A stretch of DNA of 64,000 nt from an uncultured Bacteroides sp. (lineage in GTDB: Bacteria > Bacteroidota > Bacteroidia > Bacteroidales > Muribaculaceae). The notes under the pieces were generated by a model, which was not told where the DNA came from, did no database searches, and saw nothing but the letters and a program-made list of their open reading frames with translations. Positions 42,351 to 51,852 of this stretch are shown in pieces (within the stretch, counting starts at the first letter, position 1; every line of letters starts with the position of its first letter). Location: positions 23,953-87,952 of the forward strand of contig CAZORI010000004.1 of assembly GCA_964582335.1 (NCBI GenBank), written 5' to 3'. The position numbers were made by a program, and so were the translations under genes.

Positions 42351-42358
42351 TATCTTTG
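42351..42358 (+). promoter_or_regulatory. -7 box (TATCTTTG) for the inositol-lipid cluster
   Basis: Consensus match 25 nt before the ATG. Confidence 0.7.
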
Positions 42359-42383
42359 CAAAAATATATTATAACCACGGAAT

Positions 42384-43253
42384 ATGGCGGATTACATAAT
42401 AGGCGGGGTAATGAGAGCCGTCGCCTATTCTCCAAATCATATAGGCAACGACACTGCAATCTTCAATCTCGTGGCTGACCAGCTGCGCAAACGCGGCATG
42501 CAGGTAACGGCCTACAACGAAGACCAATTGCAGGGCGGCAACGTTACCCAAAACATAATCATTAATATGTGCCGAGAGCCTCAATCACTGCGCCTGCTGC
42601 AAAAATACGAAGACGAGGGGCGCCTGGTGATCAACAGCGGCTACGGCATTGAAAACTGCACCCGCGAGCGCATGACCAGGATTCTCCTGGGCAACGGCAT
42701 TCCCTACCCACAAAGCATAATCGTCAACACTGACGAGCGCGTAATGGACCAGCTAAAGCGCCTTGGCATAGGCCCTTGCTGGGTGAAGAGCGGCGAACTG
42801 CACACCATGCACCGTGAAGACGTGAGCTATTCCAGGCACCCCGAAGAAGCCCAAGAAATAATCCAAGAGCTTTTCATGCGCGGATTTAAGCGCGCCGTTA
42901 TCAACAGGCACATCGAAGGCACGCTGCTGAAATTCTACGGCGTAGTGGGCACCCCGTTCTTCTTCTCCTTCTTTCCCATGTACTCAAACTCCGAGGTGGA
43001 GAAGGCTCAAATCATGTCGGATTTGGCGCAGCGAGGCTTCGACATGGAGGAATTCAAATCGACATGCCTCACTGCAGCCGAAGCCCTCGACGTAATCATC
43101 TATGGCGGCGACTGCATAGTGCAGCCTGATGGAAAATACTACATTATCGACTTCAACGACTGGCCAAGCTTCGCTCCTTGCAGGCAATTGGCAGCGCCGC
43201 ACATCGCTCGCGGGCTAATGAGCATCATCAAGCGCTACAAAGCCGAGAAGTAG
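42384..43253 (+). CDS. ATP-grasp-fold protein with an ITPK1-like C-terminal motif (putative inositol/inositol-phosphate kinase or ligase)
   Basis: 'LVINS', 'PCWVKSG', 'INRHIEG..LKFYGV' and 'IYGGDCIVQPDGKYYIIDFNDWPSF'. Confidence 0.6.
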   Translation: MADYIIGGVMRAVAYSPNHIGNDTAIFNLVADQLRKRGMQVTAYNEDQLQGGNVTQNIIINMCREPQSLRLLQKYEDEGRLVINSGYGIENCTRERMTRILLGNGIPYPQSIIVNTDERVMDQLKRLGIGPCWVKSGELHTMHREDVSYSRHPEEAQEIIQELFMRGFKRAVINRHIEGTLLKFYGVVGTPFFFSFFPMYSNSEVEKAQIMSDLAQRGFDMEEFKSTCLTAAEALDVIIYGGDCIVQPDGKYYIIDFNDWPSFAPCRQLAAPHIARGLMSIIKRYKAEK

Positions 43254-43283
43254 CCTCGCCCTAAATCAACTATTGAAATACCA

Positions 43284-43793
43284 ATGAAGCCTATACCCTC
43301 AAAATCAGATATAAAGAAATTCCCGTTTTGGCCCCGGATGCTTGCCACATCTTTCGGATTCGGATTTCTGCCCAAAGCACCGGGCACATGGGGCGCTATT
43401 TTCGCCATTATCCTGTGGCTGCCGCTATATATTTGGTGCCACCAGCCAGCCATATTCTGGATTACGCTCGCAGCCACTGTAGCCTACCTTTTCGCTGGCA
43501 CATGGGCCAGCACAATGGCAGAGAAATACTGGGGCAAGGATCCTGTGATAGCCTGCGCCGACGAGACTGTTGGCCAATGGATATCGCTGCTACCTCTAAG
43601 CGGAGTCGCTGTCACCCCTTGGTGGATGATACTCGTGTCGCTGGCGCTATTCCGATTCTTCGACATTTACAAGCCGCTTGGCATACGCAGCATGGAGAAA
43701 TTTCCGGGAGGATACGGCATGATGGCCGACGACGTGCTTGCCGGCGTATACAGTTGCATAATCCTATGCGTAATCAACATGTTACTCCCATGA
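43284..43793 (+). CDS. pgpA: Phosphatidylglycerophosphatase A family (PIP phosphatase-like)
   Basis: 'GFLPKAPGTWG', 'DETVGQW', 'FRFFDIYKP' and 'GMMADDVLAG'. Confidence 0.92.
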   Translation: MKPIPSKSDIKKFPFWPRMLATSFGFGFLPKAPGTWGAIFAIILWLPLYIWCHQPAIFWITLAATVAYLFAGTWASTMAEKYWGKDPVIACADETVGQWISLLPLSGVAVTPWWMILVSLALFRFFDIYKPLGIRSMEKFPGGYGMMADDVLAGVYSCIILCVINMLLP

Positions 43794-44314
43794 AATTATC
43801 GCTAAAGAAAATCGGCACCGACATACTCAAAAAGGACAATCTGATATACACCTTTTTGCGGTCTGCCGTATCCTCGCAAGCCGCCTCGTGGGTCGACATG
43901 GGTCTTGGATTCGTGCTGTTTTCATGGGCGCATCTCACCCCCTGGCTGTCTACTGCACTTGGCGCTATTGCCGGTGGCGCAATCAATTGCATCGTCAACT
44001 ACAAGTTTACGTTCCATGCCAAGAATTGCCCATGGTCGGCCGTTATCGTAAAGTACGCGCTTGTGTGGGTGGGAAGCCTGCTGCTCAACGCTTTCGGAAC
44101 ACAGTTTCTCTACTACGTGCTCAACTCATGGGATTGGCTCAAGACACTCGGCTTCACCGATGAAGGCTGCTACGCGGCAGCCCGACTCACCACCAGCCTG
44201 GCTGTGTCGTGGTTCTGGAACTTCATCCTGCAGCGCTACTTTGTGTATCATCCCACAAAATTCGACAAGTACGCCACGGCACTGGTGCATCTTTTTGTCC
44301 CATCCAAAGACTAA
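43790..44314 (+). CDS. GtrA-family small membrane protein (flippase-like)
   Basis: ATGA overlap with pgpA; four TMs, 'NCIVNYKFTF' and 'WNFILQRYFVY'. Confidence 0.8.
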   Translation: MKLSLKKIGTDILKKDNLIYTFLRSAVSSQAASWVDMGLGFVLFSWAHLTPWLSTALGAIAGGAINCIVNYKFTFHAKNCPWSAVIVKYALVWVGSLLLNAFGTQFLYYVLNSWDWLKTLGFTDEGCYAAARLTTSLAVSWFWNFILQRYFVYHPTKFDKYATALVHLFVPSKD

Positions 44315-44360
44315 TATTCATCGAACCAAATATAAGAAAAACCTTATCAGGAAACACCTT

Positions 44361-45059
44361 ATGGCAATAAAAAAACAAGCTACCGTTGCCCGCAACAATC
44401 TGCAACAAGGCATATACAAGGTAATCAATCCTTTCGTGAAATTGTTGATCAACATGGGAATCACCCCAAATGTGGTCACCACCATCGGATTCCTCGGCAA
44501 CCTTGCCGCAGCATGCGTGATCGCTTGGGCCGGCTACAAGGCTTCGCAGCAAGGCTCAGTGGAATGGGGCCTGCTCACCCTGGGCGGCGCGCTAATTATC
44601 GGATTCTCGCTTTTCGACATGCTCGACGGCCAAGTGGCTCGCTTGGGCAACATGTCATCAACGTTTGGCGCCATGTACGACTCCGTGCTCGACCGCTATT
44701 GCGAGCTGATCACCCTGGGCGGCATCGCCTACTATTTTTGCTGCATCGACCAGATGCTGGGCACGCTCTTAGCGTTTTTGGCGCTTATGGGCAGCCTGAT
44801 GGTGAGCTACGTGCGCGCTCGAGGCGAAGGCCTTGGCGTGGTGTGCAAGATTGGCTTCATGCAGCGTCCCGAGCGCGTGGTGGTAACCAGCTTAGCCACT
44901 CTCGCCACTGGCATAGTGGGGCAGACGGGCGCCAACTGCGACCCTAACATCGTGTTGATGACAGCAATGGCATTCATCGCGCTATTTGCCAACATCACCG
45001 CCTTTGCCCGCATAGGCTGGTGCAAGCGTGCACTTCAAGTCAAAGACAGCGAGCTATGA
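44361..45059 (+). CDS. CDP-alcohol phosphatidyltransferase (phosphatidylinositol-phosphate synthase-like)
   Basis: 'ITPNVVT' and the CDP-AP signature 'DMLDGQVAR....S.FGAMYDSVLDR', plus 'RPER'. Confidence 0.9.
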   Translation: MAIKKQATVARNNLQQGIYKVINPFVKLLINMGITPNVVTTIGFLGNLAAACVIAWAGYKASQQGSVEWGLLTLGGALIIGFSLFDMLDGQVARLGNMSSTFGAMYDSVLDRYCELITLGGIAYYFCCIDQMLGTLLAFLALMGSLMVSYVRARGEGLGVVCKIGFMQRPERVVVTSLATLATGIVGQTGANCDPNIVLMTAMAFIALFANITAFARIGWCKRALQVKDSEL

Positions 45060-46021
45060 CGCACGGCATCACGTCACAGTCGCGCTGGCCATCTGCGCGC
45101 CAAGCCGTGGCTTGCATCGCGGCTCTCGCAGTGTGGCTTATAGTCACCGCGCTCTTCATTGGCTTCAGGCCTGAGCACATATTCATGGCTATCGCAATTG
45201 CGGCGCTTTTCTTTGCCACAAGCAGCACCCGACGCCTCATCGTCGCTCTCATTCCTTTTGCGCTCTTCGGCATCTCCTACGACTGGATGAACCTCTGCCC
45301 CAACTACATGGTGAACCCCATCGACGTGGCCGGGCTCTACAACACCGAGAAGTCACTCTTTGGCATAAAGGTGTCGGAGGCTCTCACCCTCACCCCAAAT
45401 GAATTTTTCGCCATGCACACCTCACGCCTCATGGATTTCATGGCGGGCGTGTTCTATCTATGCTGGGTGCCAGTGCCTATTCTGTTTGGGCTATGGATGT
45501 ATTTCCGTGGCTACGCGAGCAATTACGCGCACTTCGCCCTGGTGTTTCTGTTTGCTAACCTCATTGGCTTCACTTTCTACTACGTGCATCCGGCAGCTCC
45601 GCCATGGTACGTGGCTTTGCACGGAATGGAGCCTATCGTGGGCACCCCCGGCAATGTAGCCGGGCTGGCAGTTTTCGACAAAATGACGGGGCTTGGCATC
45701 TTCGACGCCCTCTACGGACGCAACAGCAACGTATTCGCAGCAATGCCCTCGCTGCACAGCGCCTACACGCTTGTGGCTTGCATCTACGCAATGCGCCTGC
45801 CCCGCATAGCCAGCAGCCGTGCGGCATGGATCATAGCGCTGGCAGTCATCACCCTGGGCATATGGTTCACGGCGGTGTATACATCCCATCACTACATCCT
45901 CGATGTGATGGGCGGCATTGCTTGCGCCCTGTTGGGCACAGCCTTATTCGAGGCAGTGCTAATGCGCATCCCCGCTTTCGCCCGCTTTGTCAACAACTAC
46001 GCCAATTATCTCAAAAAATAA
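45056..46021 (+). CDS. Inositol phosphorylceramide synthase-like (Aur1/PAP2_3) protein
   Basis: 'HPAAPPWY', 'FAAMPSLH' and 'YTSHHYILDV' AUR1 motifs; ATGA overlap with the upstream gene. Confidence 0.88.
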   Translation: MTHGITSQSRWPSARQAVACIAALAVWLIVTALFIGFRPEHIFMAIAIAALFFATSSTRRLIVALIPFALFGISYDWMNLCPNYMVNPIDVAGLYNTEKSLFGIKVSEALTLTPNEFFAMHTSRLMDFMAGVFYLCWVPVPILFGLWMYFRGYASNYAHFALVFLFANLIGFTFYYVHPAAPPWYVALHGMEPIVGTPGNVAGLAVFDKMTGLGIFDALYGRNSNVFAAMPSLHSAYTLVACIYAMRLPRIASSRAAWIIALAVITLGIWFTAVYTSHHYILDVMGGIACALLGTALFEAVLMRIPAFARFVNNYANYLKK

Positions 46022-46063
46022 CACAGGCGGGAGATTCTGCCTGCCGCCAACACTATTCACGAT

Positions 46064-46909
46064 ATGGACAACAACACTGATGAAGTACGCCCTGATGTGC
46101 TCAATTATGACGATATAAAGCAAATGGTGCCATGGCTCGACGGCAAAGAAAAGCTTGTCAATTCGCTGCTGCATTGGCTCGAAGTGGACAAGGTGAACAA
46201 TATACACGCCGCTTACTGCGACACGCCCGGGCCGATGTATGTAAAGCGAATGGTCGAGGACGGCTTCAAACTTAAGCTTCGCATCGACAACGAGCAGGTG
46301 CTCGACCATCTGCCTGAGGGCGCATTCATCACTGTGAGCAATCATCCATTCGGAGCCATGGACGGCATTGTGCTGATATACCTGATATCGCAGCGCCGAC
46401 CAAAATTCAAGGTTATGGTGAATATGATTCTCAACAAGATTTCGGCTATGCGTCCTAATTTCATCGCCGTCAACGCCTGGGCAAGCAACGATCCGGAGAA
46501 AAAACGCGTGTCGCAAGCCGGCGTCCGCCAATGCCTGGAACAGCTGCACGACGGCGAGCCTCTCGGCTTTTTCCCCGCCGGAGCCATGAGCAAAGTCGAC
46601 TGGCACCTGCACCTGCAGGACCGTCCTTGGCAAGATTCGGTGCTTAGAATAATATTTCGCGCCAAAGTGCCGGTGATACCAATTTTCTTCCACGGGTCCA
46701 ACAGCTGGTGGTTCAATTTCCTGGGCGTTGTGTGCTGGCAAGCACGCTCATTCCGCCTGCCCGCCGAGGTGTTCCGCAAGACCGGCAAGGAAGTGCACGT
46801 GAGCATCGGCAACCCCATCAGCGTCGAGACGCAGAGCCAATTCAAAAGCCCTGAAGAATTAGGCAAATACCTGCGCGAACAGACATACGCCCTTCGCGAC
46901 ATAAAATAA
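46064..46909 (+). CDS. PlsC-like (lyso)lipid acyltransferase
   Basis: 'VSNHPFGAMDG' (HxxxxD), 'FFPAG' and 'VPVIPIFFHG'. Confidence 0.85.
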   Translation: MDNNTDEVRPDVLNYDDIKQMVPWLDGKEKLVNSLLHWLEVDKVNNIHAAYCDTPGPMYVKRMVEDGFKLKLRIDNEQVLDHLPEGAFITVSNHPFGAMDGIVLIYLISQRRPKFKVMVNMILNKISAMRPNFIAVNAWASNDPEKKRVSQAGVRQCLEQLHDGEPLGFFPAGAMSKVDWHLHLQDRPWQDSVLRIIFRAKVPVIPIFFHGSNSWWFNFLGVVCWQARSFRLPAEVFRKTGKEVHVSIGNPISVETQSQFKSPEELGKYLREQTYALRDIK

Positions 46910-46929
46910 GACATACTCTTTTGCTAATC

Positions 46930-47655
46930 ATGCACTTGCCATCAATAAAGGGCATAATATTCGATTACGGAGGCACGCTCGACACCCATGGCACGCATTG
47001 GTCGCATATTCTGCGCCAAGGATGGCAGCAAGCCGGCTTGAGCGTGCCCGACGAAGTATTCCGCCAAGCCTACGTGCAAGGCGAGCGCGCAATGGCTGAA
47101 ATAGGGGCTATAAGCCATTCCGACGATTTCCATGCCGTGCTTCTCAAGAAATCAAAGGCGGCCCTTGGCTCGATGAGCAATCCAAGCCAGTACTACATAC
47201 GCCCGGAGGAATTCAGAGCAGATGACGCGGCTGCAAGCATAGCACACTACTGCGATGCTTTCGCAGCCAAGCATACAGCCGAGTCGGCACGCTTGCTGAA
47301 GCATCTGGGCGAGAAATACGAACTGTGCCTGGTGTCGAACTTCTATGGCAACCTCCCTGCCGTGCTTGAAGGCTACGGGCTAAGCCGACTTTTCCCACAC
47401 GTGATAGAAAGTGCCGCTGTGGGTGTGCGCAAGCCCGACCCGCGCATTTTCACAATAGGGGCGCTTGCGATGGGGCTGCACCCAAACGAGGTGCTTGTGG
47501 TGGGCGACAGCCTGAAAAACGACATCCTTCCGGCTCAGTCAGCAGGCTTTCCCACGCTTTGGCTTAAGGGCAAAGGCTGGGACAGCAGCGACGATGACGT
47601 CAGCCAACAACGTTGCATCAGCTCGCTGTCACGCCTTGCCGATGCGCTACCCTGA
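46930..47655 (+). CDS. HAD-family hydrolase
   Basis: 'FDYGGTLD', 'VSNFYG', 'RKPDPRIF' and 'VGDSLKNDI'. Confidence 0.9.
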   Translation: MHLPSIKGIIFDYGGTLDTHGTHWSHILRQGWQQAGLSVPDEVFRQAYVQGERAMAEIGAISHSDDFHAVLLKKSKAALGSMSNPSQYYIRPEEFRADDAAASIAHYCDAFAAKHTAESARLLKHLGEKYELCLVSNFYGNLPAVLEGYGLSRLFPHVIESAAVGVRKPDPRIFTIGALAMGLHPNEVLVVGDSLKNDILPAQSAGFPTLWLKGKGWDSSDDDVSQQRCISSLSRLADALP

Positions 47656-47707
47656 AGCAATCGATATATTTCGACAAACATATTTTTGTGTTGTGACCTT
47701 TTTTTAG

Positions 47708-47715
47708 TAACTTTG
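47708..47715 (+). promoter_or_regulatory. -7 box (TAACTTTG) for DUF3127-gpmI-comF
   Basis: Consensus match. Confidence 0.7.
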
Positions 47716-47750
47716 CAATAAACAAATCAAAACTTTAACCACATACCATA

Positions 47751-48182
47751 ATGGAAATAGAAGGCAGAATCATCCACGTATTGCCGGAAGTGTCCGGTAC
47801 ATCAAAGTCCTCCGGCAAACCTTGGAAAAAGAGAGAGTACGTGTTGGAAACACACGAATCATATCCGAAGAAAGTACATTTCGACTTCTTTGGCGACCGC
47901 GCTGACCAATTCCCCCTCAAAGAGGGCGACGAAATACGCTTAAGCTTCGATATCGAAAGCCATGAATATCAGGGTCGCTGGTTCACCAGCATCCGTGGCT
48001 GGAAAGCAGAGCCTGCCACCGGCGCGCCTGCACAGCAACCCCAATATCCCCAACAGCCGCAATACGCACAGCCTGCAGCGCCCGCTTACCAACAGCCATT
48101 GGCTCACGACCCATTCGCGCCAGGCGCCGTGCCACCACCTCCGGCTGCTCCCGCTGCTCCCAGCGACGACCTACCCTTCTGA
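47751..48182 (+). CDS. DUF3127 OB-fold protein with an SSB-like acidic tail
   Basis: 'WKKREYVLET...YPKKV.F', 'F.IES.EYQGRWFT', a Pro/Gln linker and C-terminal DDLPF. Confidence 0.85.
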   Translation: MEIEGRIIHVLPEVSGTSKSSGKPWKKREYVLETHESYPKKVHFDFFGDRADQFPLKEGDEIRLSFDIESHEYQGRWFTSIRGWKAEPATGAPAQQPQYPQQPQYAQPAAPAYQQPLAHDPFAPGAVPPPPAAPAAPSDDLPF

Positions 48183-48220
48183 TGCATACATAGTATATTT
48201 CCCTAAATCACAAGTTTACA

Positions 48221-49738
48221 ATGGCACACAAAGCATTGCTGATGATCCTCGACGGATGGGGCATCGGTGACAAATCAAAGGGCGACGTTATCTATAACAC
48301 GCCCACCCCTTATTGGGATTCATTGCTGGCCAATTATCCCCACTCGCAGCTGCAGGCCTCCGGCGAGAACGTTGGCTTGCCCGACGGACAAATGGGCAAC
48401 AGCGAGGTAGGCCACCTCAACATAGGCGCCGGGCGCGTGCTTTATCAGGACCTGGTGAAAATCAACCGTGCAATCGCCGACGGCAGCATCCTCGAAAACG
48501 CCCAAATCAAAAACGCATACGAGTATGCTCAGCGCACCGGCAAAGGGCTGCATCTGATGGGCCTTACCTCCAATGGCGGCGTGCACTCGTCGCTCGACCA
48601 CATCTTTGCTCTCTGCGACATCGCTGCTCACTATGGGCTGCAGAAGGTATATCTTCACTGCTTCATGGATGGCCGCGACACCGACCCGCGCTCGGGCAAG
48701 GGCTTTATCGAGCAGTTGCAAAACCATTGCGCCAAGAGCGCAGGCACTGTTGCGTCGATAATAGGCCGCTACTACGCCATGGATCGCGACAAGCGCTGGG
48801 AACGCGTGAAAATAGCATACGACCTGCTCGTTGACGGACAGGGCAAGCAGGCCACCGACATGGTGAAGGCCATGCAAGAAAGCTACGATGAAGATGTCAC
48901 CGACGAATTCATCAAGCCCATCAACAACTCCACTGTCGACGGCACTATCAAGGAAGGCGACGTGGTGATATTCTTCAACTATCGCAACGACCGCGCCAAG
49001 GAACTCACCGTAGTGCTCACGCAGCACGACATGCCTGAGCAGGGAATGCACACAATACCCGGCCTGCAATATTACTGCATGACTCCCTACGATGCTTCCT
49101 TCACCGGCGTAAACATCCTCTTCGACAAAGAGAATGTTGACAATACCATTGGCGAATACCTGTCGAAGCTCGACAAAAAGCAGCTGCACATTGCCGAGAC
49201 TGAGAAGTATGCCCACGTGACTTTCTTCTTCAACGGCGGCCGCGAGGCGCCTTTTGAAGGCGAAGAGCGCATACTGGTGCCATCGCCCAAGGTTGCCACT
49301 TACGACCTGAAGCCGGAGATGAGCGCCTATGAGGTGAAGGACAAGCTGGTTGAGGCCATCAATGCCGACAAATACGACTTTATCGTCGTGAACTTCGCCA
49401 ACGGCGACATGGTAGGCCACACCGGCGTGTACTCAGCCATCGAGAAGGCTGTCACCGCTGTTGACGAGTGCGTAAAGGGTGTAATCGAAGCCGCTAAGGC
49501 CAATGGCTACGAGGCTATAATCATAGCCGACCATGGCAATGCCGACCACGCCCTCAATGCCGACGGCACCCCCAACACGGCCCACTCGCTCAACCCAGTG
49601 CCTTGCGTATATGTCACCACCGACAAGAACGCGAAGATTGCCGACGGCAAGCTGGCCGACGTGGCGCCCACTATCCTCCACATAATGGACCTGCCCCAAC
49701 CTAAGGAGATGACAGGCCACAACCTGATCGAAGGATAA
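48221..49738 (+). CDS. gpmI: 2,3-bisphosphoglycerate-independent phosphoglycerate mutase
   Basis: 'ILDGWG', '[10 protein letters not shown]', 'GRYYAMDRD', '[12 protein letters not shown]' and 'IIADHGNA'. Confidence 0.98.
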   Translation: MAHKALLMILDGWGIGDKSKGDVIYNTPTPYWDSLLANYPHSQLQASGENVGLPDGQMGNSEVGHLNIGAGRVLYQDLVKINRAIADGSILENAQIKNAYEYAQRTGKGLHLMGLTSNGGVHSSLDHIFALCDIAAHYGLQKVYLHCFMDGRDTDPRSGKGFIEQLQNHCAKSAGTVASIIGRYYAMDRDKRWERVKIAYDLLVDGQGKQATDMVKAMQESYDEDVTDEFIKPINNSTVDGTIKEGDVVIFFNYRNDRAKELTVVLTQHDMPEQGMHTIPGLQYYCMTPYDASFTGVNILFDKENVDNTIGEYLSKLDKKQLHIAETEKYAHVTFFFNGGREAPFEGEERILVPSPKVATYDLKPEMSAYEVKDKLVEAINADKYDFIVVNFANGDMVGHTGVYSAIEKAVTAVDECVKGVIEAAKANGYEAIIIADHGNADHALNADGTPNTAHSLNPVPCVYVTTDKNAKIADGKLADVAPTILHIMDLPQPKEMTGHNLIEG

Positions 49739-49747
49739 TACTGCGCT

Positions 49748-50446
49748 GTGATAGCAGACCTGCTACAGGGCCTTAGCCACATGCTGGCGCCACGTGTGTG
49801 CCACACTTGCCACCAGACGCTTGGCAGCAACGAAGACACGCTGTGCCTGCAATGCTTGCTCGACATGCCCCGCACCGACCTGCATCACTCCGACTTCAAT
49901 ATCATACACCAGCGACTTGGTCACGAATGTCACGTTGACCAAGCCGCTGGTTGGTTTTATTACCGCAAGGATACGCCTTACGCCCGGCTGCTCGTGGATG
50001 CCAAGTACTCCAATTTGCCTGGAATATGTGTGAAGCTGGGCTCAATGTGCGCGCAAGAACTGTCGCAAGACGGATTCTTCGACCGCATCGACGCTTTAGT
50101 GCCAATGACTATGCATTGGCGCAAACGCATAATGCGCGGATACAACCAAGACTACGAAATTTGCAGGGGAATAGAGGGCACCGCAGGCGTGCCCATTGTC
50201 GATGTGCTGCGCGCTGTGCGCAGCCATGGCGTGCAGTCACGCCACAATAAGCAGCAGCGCTACAAAATGATTGCCAACTCAATGGCCGTTACCCATCCGC
50301 AAGCCATCGCAGGCAAGCACATCCTTATTGTCGACGACATCATCACCACTGGCGCGTCGATGTCGGAGGCTGTGCGCACCCTCCAGCGTGATGCCTCGCC
50401 GGCATCAGTGTCGGTATTGTGCCTGGGCCTGACAATGCTATCTTAG
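49748..50446 (+). CDS. comF: ComF-family protein (zinc ribbon + PRTase)
   Basis: CHTC...CLQC, 'RGYNQ' and 'ILIVDDIITTGAS'. GTG start. Confidence 0.9.
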   Translation: MIADLLQGLSHMLAPRVCHTCHQTLGSNEDTLCLQCLLDMPRTDLHHSDFNIIHQRLGHECHVDQAAGWFYYRKDTPYARLLVDAKYSNLPGICVKLGSMCAQELSQDGFFDRIDALVPMTMHWRKRIMRGYNQDYEICRGIEGTAGVPIVDVLRAVRSHGVQSRHNKQQRYKMIANSMAVTHPQAIAGKHILIVDDIITTGASMSEAVRTLQRDASPASVSVLCLGLTMLS

Positions 50447-50455
50447 CCATCAACG

Positions 50456-51829
50456 TCAGGCCGCGCTCTTGGCCATTTTGCCGAACACCCTGCGCTGCAC
50501 AATCATGGCCGCGCCTATCACAAGGATTCCCGTGATAACCCAACTTATAGGATAAATCGTGAGCAGCATGGTGAAGCTATTGTCGATTTTTGAAAACACT
50601 GACACCCAGCCCAGCCTGAGCACGCACGTGCCGAAGATTGTGAAGAGCATTGGCGTCACCGAATACCCTAAGCCTCGCATATAGCTTCCCGAAATCTCAT
50701 ATGTGCTCGCCAGCCATTGGAAAAGAAGCACGGTATGGAATCGGTCAAGCCCGTATGGCACTACGGCGGGGTCGGTGGTGAACACCGACAAGAACCACCT
50801 GCCGTTTACCGCTATCAGCACGTTGGCTATGCCGCAAAGCACCACGCTATATAGCATGCATATGCCAAGCACCTTCTTGCAACGCTCGGGTAGCCCCGCG
50901 CCATAGTTCTGGCCAGTGAACGCTATCGTAGCCTGGCTGAATGCCGACACTATGAAATAGCAGTAATGCTCATACGTCATTGCCGCAGCAGACCCGGCAA
51001 TGGCATCAGCGCCAAACTTGTTGATTGAGGCTTGTATGAAGATGTTTGATATCGAGAATATCATTCCTTGCAAGCCGGCCGGCACGCCAATTTGCAGCAT
51101 CTTGCCGAAGTCGCGCTTGGAAAATGTCCAATTATGCAACTTCAGCGTCACCGGCTCCTTCTCATGCATGAGCAAAATCACCATGATGGCCGCATTCACA
51201 GCGTTGGCAATCACTGTGGCCCAGGCCACGCCTGCCACTCCCATGCCGAATATTGCAACAAACACCCAGTCGAGCACAAAGTTGCACAATGTAGCCACAA
51301 GCAGCGAATAGAAAGGACGGCTAGTGTCGCCCACGCTTCGCATCACAGCGGAGCCGAAGTTGTAGATCATAATGAAGGGCATGCCGCAGAAATATATGCG
51401 CAGATACTCCGAAGCGAGCTCTATCACCTCGGGCGGCGCGCTCATTGCCTCGAGTATGGGGCGAGCAAGGGTTGTGCCCAAGCCCAATAGCGCCAAGCCC
51501 GAAGCCACTGCCACAATCATCACCGTCGACACCGATCGGCGCACGGCATCGAGGTGCTTCTGGCCTATATATGTGGCAATCACCACATTCGCACCCACGG
51601 CTATGCCCAAAAACAGATTCACGAGGATGCTGATTACCGGCCCGTTGCTGCCTACAGCAGCTATGGCATGGCTCGTGGAATAGTGGCCGATTATGGCCAC
51701 ATCCACAGCATTGAACGATTGCTGAAGTATGCCGCTTGCTATAAGCGGCAACGCGAATATTATGATTTTTCCCGCAAGCGGACCGTGCAGCATGTCCACG
51801 CTTTTGCGCGATTGCGAACGTCTTCCCAT
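50456..51829 (-). CDS. MATE-family efflux transporter
   Basis: 'MLHGPLAGKIIIFALP', 'QQSFNAVD', 'RSVGDTSRP', 'NFVLDWVF' and 'GQNYGAG'. Confidence 0.93.
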   Translation of the reverse strand: MGRRSQSRKSVDMLHGPLAGKIIIFALPLIASGILQQSFNAVDVAIIGHYSTSHAIAAVGSNGPVISILVNLFLGIAVGANVVIATYIGQKHLDAVRRSVSTVMIVAVASGLALLGLGTTLARPILEAMSAPPEVIELASEYLRIYFCGMPFIMIYNFGSAVMRSVGDTSRPFYSLLVATLCNFVLDWVFVAIFGMGVAGVAWATVIANAVNAAIMVILLMHEKEPVTLKLHNWTFSKRDFGKMLQIGVPAGLQGMIFSISNIFIQASINKFGADAIAGSAAAMTYEHYCYFIVSAFSQATIAFTGQNYGAGLPERCKKVLGICMLYSVVLCGIANVLIAVNGRWFLSVFTTDPAVVPYGLDRFHTVLLFQWLASTYEISGSYMRGLGYSVTPMLFTIFGTCVLRLGWVSVFSKIDNSFTMLLTIYPISWVITGILVIGAAMIVQRRVFGKMAKSAA

Positions 51830-51852
51830 CGTCTTTTACTCTCTTTGTTATT

